A program made the translations under genes and the position numbers. A stretch of 64,000 bases of DNA from Azolla caroliniana (taxonomy: Eukaryota; Plantae; Polypodiophyta). The notes beneath the pieces were generated by a model. That model saw nothing but the letters and a program-made list of their open reading frames with translations, was not told the origin of the DNA and made no database searches. Of this stretch, positions 38,176 to 52,500 are shown piece by piece; the stretch's first letter is position 1, and each line of letters starts with the position of its first letter. The DNA lies in NCBI GenBank assembly GCA_043228905.1, contig JBHGNT010000002.1:26908001-26972000 (forward strand). The letters run 5' to 3'.

Positions 38176-41100
38176 ATGGCTGCCTCCACAGCGACTTCTG
38201 TTGCTTTCGACTACCTCACTATGAAGCATCCCAGCTTATTTATATTTCCACAGGAGCTAACATCGTTATGCAAGGCTAATTCTAGATCACATCTCTACCT
38301 ACTCAAGAAGAAGAAGAAGAAGAAGAAGAGCAATGGGTGTAGGCCTCCTTGCATTGCCTTCTGCCTTTGCACCTCGACTAGTCCCTCTGATCCTCCAGGT
38401 TCACCTGCCCGTGGCCTTCGATCCATCTTTGAGTATATCCCTCCACTCTCAGACAACGACAACAACGATGATGACATAGTCAAGTGGGACTTCCCCCAAC
38501 TCATCCAATTCCTTCAAGGAGAAGGATCAACAATGATTACATTGCAAGGTTACGATGAAACACCACCCTCCGGGAGTACCCCAGCGAGGGATTCCACAGA
38601 TTTTTCAAAGGAAGAAGGATCAATTTTAGTTAAAGAAATTGAAGGGGAGATAAGTAGTAGTAGTAGTGTTTTGGGAGTTCATGAAATGTCAAAGCTGGGA
38701 AGTTCAATATCAGCAGTAGAGATGAAAGGGGAGAGTATGCAAGAAGTAGAGCTTGAACTCGCAATGAAATACAAGAATGTCCCCCATGCTCTGTGGACTA
38801 GGCTTCTGAGAGGTTTGTGCAGACACGGAGAAGTGGAACTAGGCATAGAGTTAATGAAGTGGATTCGTAAACACAAGCTCATTAGGGCATTGTATGATAT
38901 TGATCTGTTGAATGCTGTCATAATCGAGGGTCTTGGTGCGAGTGACAGGATTAACGAGGCAATGTCTTTTGTAAATAATTCAGATGTGAAGGGAATGCAG
39001 ACTTACAATGCATTGATGCAGGTATGCTGGAGGAGGAAAGAGTATTTGGGGCTGCTTGACTCGGTTAGAAGGATGAGGGAGGAGGGGCTGAAGCCTGACA
39101 TCGTTAACTACACATTTGCAATCCAGGCATGTATCAAGAGCAAGGTAGGGAGTGATGCAATTGTGGAGCTATATGAATATATGTTGGAGGACCAAATCCA
39201 GCTGGATGAGAAACTCTACAATCATGTGATTTATGCACTTGCATCTGCAGCTGATGCCAAACAAAGCATACGCCTTTTGAAAGATATGAAAGATGCAGGG
39301 TTTATTCCAAATGGTGCTGCCTATACCTTTATTATTTCTGCTCTAGGTTACACAGGGAGGATGGCTGAGGCACAGGAAATTTTGAATGAGATGAAATCTT
39401 ATGGGCGGATACCCAAACAAAGAACATATAACTCACTAATTAGAGGATATGCAAGAAAAGGGCAGCTAGATTTAGCTGAAGAGGCCATGCGTTCTATGAT
39501 GGAGGACAAAGTGCAACCTGATGAGCAGACCTACAACATACTCATTGATGTTTGCGTAAATGCGCAGAACCTGGAGAAAGCCTGGGCTTTATTCCAAGAG
39601 ATGAAAGCTGCAGGGTTGCAGCCCAGTGCATTTGTCTATGGTAGGTTGATGACTGCATTCAAAGCAGCTGGCCAATGGTTTTCGACAATGAAAACCTTAC
39701 GTAAAATGGAAGAAGCAGGCATTACTCCAAATAGGCACGTGTATAATATTGCAATAGATGCACTTAGTAAGCACAGGAAGGCTCAAAAAGCACGGGAACT
39801 ATTCAAGAAAATGAGATCCGAGGGCATAGAACCTGATGTAATAACATGGAACTCACTTATAGAGTGCCATTTTAGGGCAGGTGAAACAAATATGGCATTG
39901 CAACTCTTTTCTACGATGAAAGAAGAAGGATGTAAGCCGAGTTCCCACTCTTACAACATTCTCATATATTGGTTAGGGTGCCTAAAGTGTTGGGACGAAC
40001 TCAAGTGCATTCTTGAAGACATGAAGGGCATTGGCATTGTTCCAAATGCTGTTACATATACTACATTAGTTGATGTGTACGGTCAATCTGGGAGATTTCA
40101 GGATGCCTTTGAGTGTTTGGAGACGATGAGAACGCGATCATCAAAGCCTGAAGCAAGTGTTTATTGTGCATTAGCAAATGCGTATGCTCGACAGGTATGT
40201 GAATTTTGTACTGCTTATGTTTATAATGATGTGTAATAGAAGTACTCTAGAATAATTGCTTCCATATATCCAGCGCGAATATATTCTTCATGACAGTGCC
40301 AATCACTTTTCAATAAGTGGTAGAATCCTGGTTTGTGAACTTTCTTTATGAGTTTACATCTCCTCATAATCATTGCTAACCAATTTCTAAAAACCTTCCA
40401 AACACAATGCCAAGATTATTTATATTAATATAAAACTGAAACAAACTCTTAAATTGCAGGAGGATTGGAAATGCTACAAGAGAAAATGTAGTTTCATATG
40501 ACAAATGGTGAGAACAAGAATTGGTAATGGTTGGCAAGAAAGAAAGAAAGACATATTAATGTGTTTTAAGAGTGGCCTATGAGACTGAACATGAGATTAC
40601 ATCTTAAAATGCTGTCTTATTTCTGAGAACAACAAACCAAATTAAAGGCTACACAAAAATCTAGATAACTAGGCACTTAAGATTCGAAATTTCAATAGAC
40701 TGAAACGTTCGCCTTCAAAATATTTCCATCCTTGTCCGATTCAATATGGAGAGATCTCCAATGTGAGGGTGCTGGGTGATAATGGTCTTTATTTGTCGTT
40801 AAAGAAGGTGAGGGAGCTGGTTCAGATGGCTGTGTACAATGTGTATGACTCATTGCTATTGCCTGTTCTATGGACTGTTTCGAGTGTTGTGGTCGATATC
40901 CCACTTGTGTAGCCCTTGATTGACCTGTCGTGTGAGGAAGGATGAAGTCAATGAAAGTTGTGATGGCTCTTCATTGATGAGTTGTAGTTGCATTCTTGTC
41001 CCTCAACAAATTTTCTCTATGTCCCTTGAGTTCTAGTAAGAAGCGTCCCAAGCACGGTTGATCTTTATATTCCATTGCCGTTTTTTGTAGGCTGGAGCCT

Positions 41101-43319
41101 TGTTTGAAGAGGCAGTGGCACCACCCTCTTATTTTATAAAAAACAGCAGAATGGCAAGCATAACATTTTTCCAAATCGAACCTCAAAGGCAGAATTGGCA
41201 GATCCATTTATGCATAAATTTATGTGACTCATTGCATATTTACTGGGATGCCAAGGGCTTCAAGTCATTGTATGAGCCGATCAGGTAGTACAACGTTGAA
41301 GGCTCTGAGTTTGTTCGCAGTTTGCATGAAGCTATGAGGATGTTTCTATTTTGAATCTAGGTTTTGTGATATGCTTTTCAAATCACCTGTTTAGAATCAT
41401 GGGATTAATCAAATACTTTTGTTGTTTGAAGCAATGTTAAGCAATGTTGGATGTTGTGTTTGTTTCTTTCGTTTGCAATAAAATCTGATGGCGTTTGCAT
41501 TTGTAACTCCTTGGTTGTTTTATTATTGCACAGGGACTTTGTGAGCAAGCTATGGCCGTCTTCAAAAAAATGGAAGCCGATGGCGTTGGGGCAACTATAG
41601 TCATGCTGAATTCCTTGTTAAACTCCTTCAGTGTAGCAGCTAAGCCAGAAGAGGGATTGTCTGTGCTTGATTACATGCTTCAAAATGTAAGCTCATCCAA
41701 TTTCCTTGATACTAAATGTCCTTATTGAAAATTGGAAGGGGTAATTATGGATTTGAATTTATATAGCTTTACTGATAGTAAATAATTTAATCTAGGGTTC
41801 TTGATATGTGGAAATAGAAGTGGGATGGAAAATTTGGAAGCCATATGGGAATGATGCTTAAGCATATACATTATATATTTTTATTCTTTGATTTTAAATA
41901 TGTTTAATTCTTAAATTTAGAGGGCAGAAAGAGAATAGAAAACGGGGGAAAAACTGGGAAATTTAGTAAAAAAATAAAAAATTGGGTCTTGCTTGTCTTA
42001 ATTATGCATTCCGAAAAGGCGACTTGAAACAGCAGATGACATCCCCTGTGACTAATGTTTAGGAAACATCATCACCTACCCATCATGGACAGCTTATGGT
42101 AGCTTTTAAAGCAGAGTAAATTCTAGACAAAACAATGCCCTAAACCCTGCTCGCAAGGGGTGATTGGAATCTGATGTTGACATGGCAAACTTCATTGGTT
42201 GCAAAGAAAGGGCAGAACTTGTAGTTTCTAAAAATGCCTTGCAGGATCACAAGATTTAAAGGTAAATACATATTAAAAAGCAGCGAATTTGGACTTAAAC
42301 TTGTACGCAACCAAACTTCACCTTTCTCCACTGAACCGCTTTGGCATCCTCCTCTTGTGAGCATGAAAAATGTTTTTGACTTCTTTAATATTGAAAGGTT
42401 ATTGTCTTTTGACCTTGGTTGAATTGTATTTGAATGGATTGAAATTTCACATGCTATTCCATCGCCCATAAAAGCTTCACATTGATGATGTTAATCTTCG
42501 TTCTCCTTTGGCCTCTTTGTGGAACAATGATCTCTAAGAGCAAACATGGAGGGTTGGAATCTCATTTTCTGGTTTCTGAACTAATAATAATAATAATGTT
42601 CGCAAGGTTATTTTATTGGGAATGATAATAATGTTGTGATCCTGTAAAAGAAGGAATAGACTGGCATTGTCAAAAAAACTGAACACTGTCTTAAGTTTCT
42701 CAACATAATTCGACTGAACAGCTTGGTGGCAACATTTCACTAGTTTGCATGTAAAAGCTAAATGCAAATTCAACTTGACTATGACTAGGGCAGAAATGAT
42801 CCTGATGACTAGTTCGTTGTCTCTTATATGATTATGTGTTGCAGATTAAAAAAGAACTTAATTTCAAGAGGGTACCAATATGTCAAATGTATTTGATAGC
42901 TTAGACCTGACACTGGTTATTTGGAAGAAAGCGCAGATATTAAGACGGTCTCATGTAGTTAAATTTATCAAACTTTGCTGATATCTGAATGGTTGGTTGG
43001 ATTAGGGAATGACGCCAGACCTGGTGACGTATACAACCCTAATGAAGGGCTTCATCAAGGCTGAGAAATTTGATGAGGTATGATGTGGTGTGCAATACCA
43101 AAAGGATAGTGTGAGGAGATTTAATGTTAGTATTTGGTGGTGTTCAATATAATAAGGATACTGTAATGGTATTTAAGGCTAATCTTGATTTTATCCCAGG
43201 CTGTGCTTATTTATGACAGAATTAAACAAGCTGGCCTTACTCCAGACAAGAAAGCCAAGGACATGCGTCGATTTATCACAAAATATGCTACAAGAACTAA
43301 TAGACCACAGCTAACATGA
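38176..43319 (+). CDS. CRP1: P-class PPR protein, CRP1 (At5g42310)-like, chloroplast RNA processing/translation factor type
   Basis: Exons 38176-40194, 41534-41686, 43006-43077 and 43200-43319. Tandem 35-aa P motifs; C-terminus YCALANAYARQ|GLCEQ...|G.TPDLVTYTTLMK.FI...|...G.TPDKKA typical of the CRP1 family. It may be a CRP1-like paralog. Probable 3'UTR intron at 43342-43434. Confidence 0.85.
40381..41230 (-). mobile_element. 5'-truncated LINE copy in intron 1 of the CRP1-like gene
   Basis: Minus ORF 40971-41207 CYACHSAVFYKIRGWCHCLFKQG...MEYKDQPCLGRFLLELKGHRE resembles a LINE ORF2 C-terminus. (GAAA)n tail motif at ~40537. Confidence 0.75.
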
Positions 43320-44119
43320 TCATTTCATGGGCGAATGAAAGGTACGTTTTTATAACTGTATCTTCAATTTCTATTTTGTGTCTTCAGAATCCTAATGTCC
43401 ATCATTGTGATTTTCGTTTCATTTGGCATTGTAGGCATTAGGGAAGCTTATGCTATTATGCAAGAAAGATATTAGAGCTTTCTGATGTTTTGGGTCCCAA
43501 TCAGCTTTAACATCTTTAAGTAAAAACCAAATGTTATTATGTCTACCTGTCATAAGTCTGTTTCCTTGACCAGATAATATGATCTCTTGGATAGGACCGA
43601 AGTCATTTTTTGGAGATAATGACTAAAAACCTTATTTCAGTATGGGCGACATTGGAGGGCGTGGATGGTTTTTAGTACATCGTGTGCAGTGCATTTGAAG
43701 GTCACAAATGATGGATCCTACAAAGGACGTGATCCCTGATCTGTTATAGTCTTGTGAAAAGATTGGTCTTCATATTACTTTGTCAGATATGCAATCACGT
43801 GGTGCCCTTGTATTTTGGGATAAATCACATTCATTAACTATGGTTGACCGAAGGGAAGCCATAGTGATTTAATCATTTATTGATTTGTTACACTCTCCTT
43901 GGAAGGAAAATTGGGAGAACCTAAGTTTTCCTTTAGAAAAGAAAAATTTCAGGTGCGAACAATTTGTGACATAAACATCTGCTATTTGTTATAATAGAAA
44001 TTGCTACCATCTCTGTTTTGATGTGATTAATGAACGTCATCAAATTTTAATGAATAGATTTTGTGGTTTTTGTGTTTATACATTATCTTCATAAACGATG
44101 AGGCAGACCATGAGGTGGG

Positions 44120-44830
44120 GTCTACATGCTCGACAAATTGCTAGTGCTGGATCTATTGTAACCCCTTTGCAATATCTTGGTTGGGACCCCTTGATTGACT
44201 TGTAGTATCAGTAGAAATGATGGTGCTAAAGAAAGTTGTGATTGTCCTTTGTTAAATTGACTGGCAATATCTCTCAATGTCGCTTGAGTTCTAGCAAGAA
44301 AAGCCTCACCCAAATACTATAGGCACTCATATTCTATTACTTTCAGTGTTTGGCTGAAACCTTACTTGTTTCATAAAAAACAACACAAGTGTACTTTAGA
44401 TTCCACTCCTTGATGACACAATTAGAAAATTCCTTCTTTTAGAGGTATTCGTACATACCTCAACCTCTAACTAATATGAAAATATTTGCAATTGCCCTAT
44501 CACACTTGGTAATGCATAGGATAGATTATAGGGTTTGATCAGGAATCCATCCTTTGATGTATGTAAAAAGTGTCTTATTTATAGTGGGCCATTTTCTTTC
44601 CAAGAGATGCAATGGGGCTAATCCATGTTATCTTGTTTTCCAACTTTTTAATATCAGTCCGGATCACTCTATTCTTTACCACTTTAATCATGTTTAGATG
44701 GGTACAACCCAAACTATATATTGGAGTGGGGGGTAATGCATTTGTTTTTATGCCATGTGACTTGAACATTGATGTGTTTCAGCATATCAACAATGACGAT
44801 CTCCATATTCACAACTAGTTGATTTGATGA
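44120..44830 (-). mobile_element. Third degenerate copy of the same LINE family
   Basis: Shares GAGTTCTAGCAA..., CTCTAACTAATA, GGATCACTCTAT.CT.T.TAC.TTAATCATGTTT.GATG and GGGTAATGCATT blocks with 36440-36940. Confidence 0.65.
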
Positions 44831-46585
44831 TATTGTTAACTTTTTGGCCCATTCTTTATCCAAAATTGAGGATCCAAAACTAAGAGGATCCTCCAACTAG
44901 TGGGACAAAAAGTTAACAAATCTCCACCTTGCCAAACTTGAGTACCTTCGTTTAGGGAGCTCCCAAAACCATTGGATATTGGTCACTGATCGAAATAATA
45001 CCTTGATGATTAATGGGGGCAGCCCCCATATGTGCCCGGATTATATCATGGGGCACAATGCTTTGCTCCTTAGCATGCAAGCAATGATTGAGTCTAAAGA
45101 TCTGTCTAAATATTTCCATTTATTTGCCTCGTTGAAACTTGAACACTAGGTTTCGACTCCATAGACAAGAGTTGGTGTGACGAGTGTATAAAAAATAGCC
45201 ACAATTTAGATAGTGGCTTTTGGAATTGCAAATGTGTACATTACCTTTTAGTTGCACCAAGGGTTGCATGACCACAAGAGGGTCGAGTGGAAGTATGAGA
45301 CTTAAGGCTCTTTGAATGTTAACTCAATTCAAGCTTGAGTTTTCTTAACTGGTTTGAACTCAGTTTGGTTTGGTGAGACAGATAGAGAGAGAGGTAACAT
45401 ATCCCTACATAGTCCCAAGAACTCTTAGAGAGAGAGAGCAAGAAAGATGCCATTTCAAAAGAAAAACATTGAACCAGAAAGTATTGGTTTAGCTCATAAC
45501 TACTTCAGGTTCAATTCAATTCCTGTAAGGTTTGAATTCCCCTAAACTGGTTAATAAGTATCCAGTTTGGCTTAAACAATGCTAAATTGGTTAAGCCAAA
45601 ACCAAACTGTTGGTGATTCCTAATTGTGAGAGCTCATCTAGTTTATCTACCTTTAATTAGCTATGCAGATGACCATGCTGTTCCAATCCTAGATTTCAGG
45701 ATGGTGATATTGAGGAGCAACCTACCTTCTTTGGCTCAATGATCACAGACTCCCAATTGATAAAACCAGTTCCAAACTGGTCAGTTTTGCACATTCAACG
45801 CATGCTAAAGACATGGGTGGTGTGCCATTTCTGCTTCTAAATGGCCCTAACCCCGTCAGTACATCTAATTAAGCCAATTAACGACTTGACCATCCACACA
45901 GGTAAGGTATTCATTTCATTTTGCTCATGTTGATGCTTTCTCCTCTTTTTGGTACGACCATGGGTTAGAAAGGGCTTAATTTTGGACATCAATAAGACAG
46001 TGATAAGGACAAACATCTTTAATGTCAGAGGCAAATGAAGTAAAAACACGTTAAGGTAACAGGAATTATCTAGGCTTGACTTTCTATCTACCATTACATT
46101 ACCTCTCCTGACTTCCATTGTTATATGCTACGTAACTCCTCCCTTCAGTCCAAACGAAGAAGAATTACGAATAAGTGGATGAAAAAATGGTTGGTTCTAT
46201 CACTAGTAGTATCCATTGGTTCCTCAATCTCCTTTTTTCTATTCCATTATTTCCTTGAACTAAGTACTCCCCCCAGCACATTCTACAAACCCATTCTTTA
46301 CCCAAATGAGCACAAGACGAAGTTGCAGAAAATATGGAACATTATCGCATTACTTTACGTAAAAAGCAACATTATGAATGAAAGTTTAGATCGAGTGCTT
46401 CCTTCAAAAACAGATTAGTATTTCATCAGATGCAGAAACCTTTCTTTGATTAAAGAGAACTTTCTGGTGAGTTTAGCACATTTCTTCACTAGTGCTACAA
46501 AACTTGATATGTTTTGTATAACAAATCCCCGTATCTTAACTGTTGCTTCTTTTAACTTTGATTTCTTCCTCCCAGCATATGACAC

Positions 46586-49500
46586 TCAGTTTACTTTTGG
46601 CTTGGTTCGCCTTGGCCTCAGCCATAATAAAACAATAATCACTGACATGATGATACCAATTCCTGTGTACATTTCGTATCCCACTGCTAGATTGTGCTGC
46701 TTAGTGCAGAGAATTGGGTGAAGCTCAGCAACAGTTGCATTGGTAGCTCTTACAAACCTGGGAACAAGCCAAATGAAATCATATAAATGTAGTACGTGAA
46801 AATAAGTTCATTTAAATGTAGTATGTGAATATCACGAAATGCCCAAGATAGCTTAACGTCTTGAAGATTCAGGGGATTGGCTTTCACTTAAATTCTCACA
46901 AATACCTTGTTGATGCATCCTCAAGAAGATGAAGCACACGCAATGCATCTCCATAACGAAGATCCTCCATGCTTTTGGCAATCTTTAGATGTCAACACAA
47001 CAGAAAGGAAAATCAGAAAACATATTTCCTTCAAGTGCACTTGCCATGACCAATTAACTTACCCTCTTCCATAGGTTGATGACTGTATTATAGTTGTTAA
47101 GAAGAATATGCTCCTGCCCTCTGAAGGGTTCAAATGATTCCTTGTCTGTTTTTGTCAAAGATTGAAGCCATGTATTCGATTCTGAAAATGTTTACAAGAT
47201 TCAAAAAACATTTTTTCCTAAAGGATACATGTTGGCTCTTTAGCAAGTTGCTTGATCGCCTCATTCATTCTTTCAACTGATTCATCCAATGTCGTTATGA
47301 TGTAACTTCTCATCATAGCATCTGACTGAAAAAGAGAGACACGCCATCCTGATGCTGTGCTGGAAAATGGGTGACAGCCTACTGCCCATCTCCAATCCTG
47401 TAGAACAAGATCAAGTATTAGCCTAATCATAGTTATCTGGTAAGTATAAAGGATTCATAACACAAACCTGATCTCCACTACTGTGGGCTTCACTATAAGC
47501 GAAGTGAGAAGGCAATAATCCAGCTATATGCTCAGCTGTTGCTGCTACTGCATCTTTTAGAGGACGGCTGTCATTCATTACAGTACATAGATACAAGAGT
47601 TTAAGTATTATTAGTACTTAGAAGGACATAATTAAATTTGGACCTTGTAATTTATTCGGCTGTTTAAAACAGACCTGAGGTCCCAAAGAATAGGTTTCTT
47701 GTTGCACTGGAGATGGCTTGCCCATGAAGCTTGACTAGATTGCACCACCACCACCATATCAGGCAATGCCTTTGCCACATAGTGCTTATCGATAAAAAGA
47801 GGCTCACCCTGCTGTATGAACCAAAAGATGGGCACCTCCAGAAAAGTTCTCTCATGTCCTAATAAAGGGCAGTGCAACCTTCTAGCAGTCAAAAGATGGA
47901 TTCGAAGTTGTAAAAGGTCACATTGCAAAAACTAGTAAATTATTTTGGATATTAATATTACACTACCTAGCACTGAGCCACTCCCACTTAAATGTTGAAG
48001 CTGATGCTGTAGAATCAGAGAATCGAGATATAATCGTGTTGTGGTCTTGTGGGTACCATTAACTAGTAGAACAGGCACAGCAGCTGCCCTTCTGGCTACA
48101 GAAAATGCCATTGACAAAGCAGTATCTTCAGACAAAGCTAGCCTGTAAAATCAGGCACAAGAAAGTTTAAACCTCAAACTTGCTGCATAATAAAAAATTC
48201 AAATGTAAAAATATAAACGTAGGAAATAAATCTGAAGGCCAAATCATGTATGTATTTCTCTTTTCAATTGAATATGTAGAAAACCAAACATGATTGCCAA
48301 ATGCACTCGAACACAAAACTCATTAGTAAATGTGTTATTTTGAATATGAGAATGCCACAATAATTTTATCAAAAAACTTCTCTTTGAAATCCAGTTGAGC
48401 CATTAGTCATACATGTGAGCAGAAGTTTGTGAGAATAGAGCTTGAATCCATGCAGAGACCGGAGAAAGATAACATTTCCCCAAATACATCAAAAGAGGTT
48501 TGCAAGTTTGAATCGCAGATTTGACCCTCCAAATCCTTGTTTACGAGCGCAATGTCCATAAAAAGATGTGGATTTTTTGAGTACTTTGACACTGTACCAT
48601 TGCACAGCTTACAGATCGACTAGACGCCCTTTTGAGTCCCAATAGATATACACTAGGGAACCTATGTTCTATATGAATCAGTGTCAGGAAAAGTGCAATA
48701 GCTTGTCAAAGGTTGTGTCTAGCAGGATTGGAGTAAAACAAGGATGACTACTCGCACCCGCTCTCTTCAATCTAAATACAGATTTGTTGGTCAACATTGA
48801 AAAATTGTGTTTTAACGAGAACAGAACCAGAATGTTTTCCTTACAAGGGGAAGCCTGTGCTCAACTTTATCATGGATATCCAGCAATTGGTACCACTTAA
48901 GGACAGTGTGCACATATACAGTCCCAAGAACCACAAACTACATTGTTACACCAAATCTTCTATACTGAGTGCATGTACAGTCATACAAGCTGTTTGGCAG
49001 GTTTCCGTCATGGCAGTTGAGCACCATAGCCTATGTGAACCTTCTTTGCATGCAATTATTGCATGGTTTTCTTTGTCCAACATGCAATTTTATTGTGACT
49101 TATGTACAATTACCCAATGCCAAAAAGGGAAAAAGAAATATACATTCGTATAGAATATTGCACTTTTTGACCAGGTGCAATGACTCCAGCCAGAGCTTCT
49201 TTGAACAAGCTGACATCCATAAGTAACAAATCCTTGTGCTTGACTTTCTGTAACAATAAAGAAAGAAAGAAATATTAACTTCTTTAAGAGGCCACAACAG
49301 TCTTTGAGACTGAGTAGCAGTACATCTTAAAATGTTGTTCATCTTTGAGAACCATAAACCAGAATAAATATAGTGTGAAGGCACACACATGTCATTACTC
49401 ATTTCATCATGATTCATACATAATTAAATTACAAGAACCCACACACATGTAGATATGGACCATACAAGAGGTTCTAGAATTTCAAAATATGAAGCTGCCT

Positions 49501-52500
49501 GGAATGAAATGATAGAAGAGAAATGAGACAGAATTAGGAATTACAAAATGGTTGTTCCTTGTAATTATCTTATCATCATTAATTATGTTATCCTCATTTA
49601 TGATGGAATCCATAAAGAACTTCAAAATCCATCTTTATTAAGAAAGCATCTCGTACACTTATCATGCAAATCCCAGCTATGCTCTTGCTTATACAAACAA
49701 ATCTTAGTCAAATATTGTTTAGTTCAATATCCATCGAACACCAAATCAGTCAAGTATCCTAATTCCAATAACTGTACAGAGTATATACAATTCCTATAAA
49801 TATATTAGCTAATAAAAGCCATGTGTAATGAGCTACTACATTTGAGTGTACTAACAGACAAAGTCTCAAAGGGGCCAGATGGAGAATAGGCGAATATGCC
49901 ACTGGGTAGTAATGAAACTTTGTCATGTTTCCTGTGCTGCCTTTCCTGAGCCAGCGGAAGCATCCCACTGAATCCTCTATGAGTGAATAATCTTACCTAG
50001 AATATTGAGTACAATGCCTCTTCCAAACACACCATAAAATAATACTGGATACTGTAGAGAAGATAATTCTATGCTAGTGATCTGTTAGTTTAAAGGTAGT
50101 GTATCCAGATTGTCAACAAAGAGATGCCTGTTTCCGATCTTCTTCTTTTTTCACTCATCCTTCTCATCATGTGTTCCGAGCCACTTTTGACTTATCCAAT
50201 TATCCAATGATTTTTTTGCATCCAATCTATTTTATTTCTTGTATACGTGTACTATATGGACATCATTTTAACATTCATAATTCTTCTTTGACTCATGTGC
50301 TACTCAGGCATCATTGTTTTAACATGACCCTTGGTGCCGTATTTTAGTACAACGCAGTTATGCGCATTCCAATCGATGATTGTGTCTTCATATTCCCCTT
50401 CTGTACTATATGGTAGTATGCTACATGTAAGGGGCAAGGGATTTGCTTTCCGAACACTAGATTGTGTGTTTCATAGTACAGCCTACTCATATGGTGGTTG
50501 ATATAAAAAATTTGAGAGTGGATTTCCCTCTGTATGAAATTGAGATTCAGTTTTTGACATTTACATGGTCTGCCTCTTTCTTTTGCATTTGGCACTCACA
50601 TATACACAAAAAGTTGGGAATTGTGGTGTTTGTGGTTTTATTTCTGGTCCCCCAAATGTGTATTAATGTGGAATGCTTTTATTCCTCAGAAAATGTAAAG
50701 TCTTTTTATACAGAGTGCATCACAATGAAATTTCATACAGATTCTAGTTCTCAAAAAGAGATAATAAATAGATTATGCATAGAATCAGTTCTAATAATCA
50801 TGAAAATAACATCAAGTATAAGGGAAACAATACAAATGTTACTTGACTTCTACATTATCACATGTAAAGGTAGCTGAAATCCATGTAACTTACCTCTTGA
50901 GTAATTACATAGATTTGGAAGTCAATCTTCTCATAATAATGAAATGCACCATCTGCAGTTGATGGTGTGATGACATGTTTCATAGAAGACCATAATGTAG
51001 CTGCCAAATTTGCAAGAAACCAATCTCGACCAACTGAAAAGTTACCAATCTGCTGCAAAATGTATGTTTAGATAAGTTATCTTCAAAAACCCATATGCCG
51101 AAAATAAATCCACAGAGAACACATCCAATCTTTGTTGGAGGGTGACAGCTCCCCATTCTGGATTGACCGATGCTAGAGATCTTTTAGAGACAAAAGTTAC
51201 AAGATATCTAACTAGAGAATCTTACATGTGCCGAAAACCAGATTCTTTTAGTCTCTTCTAAACTTATTTACTTAGTAATATTTATTTTATTTTGATTTGT
51301 TGTTCTCATAGACGAGACAACACTTAAGGTGTAATCTCTTGTTTTGTCTTATAGGCCATTTTGGCCTCTTAAAAGACATTAATATATCTTTATTTCTTTC
51401 TTTCTCCTGTCTACCGTATTCACTCGACTTTTTGAACTAGCCACTACATCATACAGCATTTACTACATTGCTCTTTTCCCTCCACTCTCCCACTACAACT
51501 CATTATGAGCCAGGAATATTTTACAAATGCATATGATACAAAGAACACTCTCATTTTTGTATTTAAAGTCTTTGAGCATCACTAAGAAACATAGTTCTTG
51601 TTTTAGTTTATCTTTAAGCTGTTGCTAGACTCTTAGGCACCTTACAAATGTTCATAGCAGTTTTCTCACAAATTTCATGATTATAAAAATAGAGAATTAG
51701 CGTAAACAAAGCCGACACACCTGAACATCATGGGCATCGCTGAAGAGATTCCATCGCTCTATTCGTTTCAATGCCTCTTCTGCCTTTCTCTTGTGAGCTT
51801 CTTCTACATTTTCCTGTTGCAAAAATTGTAGTTCTTCTTTCAAGTCCCCCATTCTCTCTTGAAGTTCTGCATGTTGAATCATGTAAGTAAAAGACAAGTT
51901 GTTCAATGAATGGTCATCTAAGTAAACTTTCACAAGCTTCTTGAAGAGAAAATTTGTGTCACCACTTTTTTAAGGTTATTAAATTATTAATTTTAGACTG
52001 TTGCCACGAATAATCAAACAATTCCGTTTAAAATAATGCCAGAGATGCAATGAGCATCAATCTCTGGCAGTATATCCCGAAAGTTAATGTCATGTATGGT
52101 ATACATCTCAACAGAGTTATCCTTATAAACAAACCTTGTAGCAAATGTAAATCGTACATGTGTGTCATCTAATAGTTTCTTATCTTAAATAATGCAACTT
52201 TCAATCCCCATTAATATAGTTTGTTTTGGCTTAGGCAGTATAAAGATTCAAGTTCTTTTCCAAATGTCAATCTCACAATAGTCATTGCTTGAAGTTGTGA
52301 GGATTAAAAAACACTTACAAGTCGCAAAATACATGTGCACAACTAAATACCAGACATTCAAAGGTACTGCTTGCTGAAGCATTATAATAATCACATCACA
52401 CTTATACAGAGGTCAAAAAGTGCGCACAATATCATTTTATCAGATGATTCATATACTATATAATAAGGAATCGCTTACTCCTCTATAGTGCCATTAGAGT

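Noticed and set aside
48410-48560. Candidate exon of the At5g58100-like gene
   Set aside because: The exon at 49247-49144 has proper splice sites and the expected homology. This one does not.
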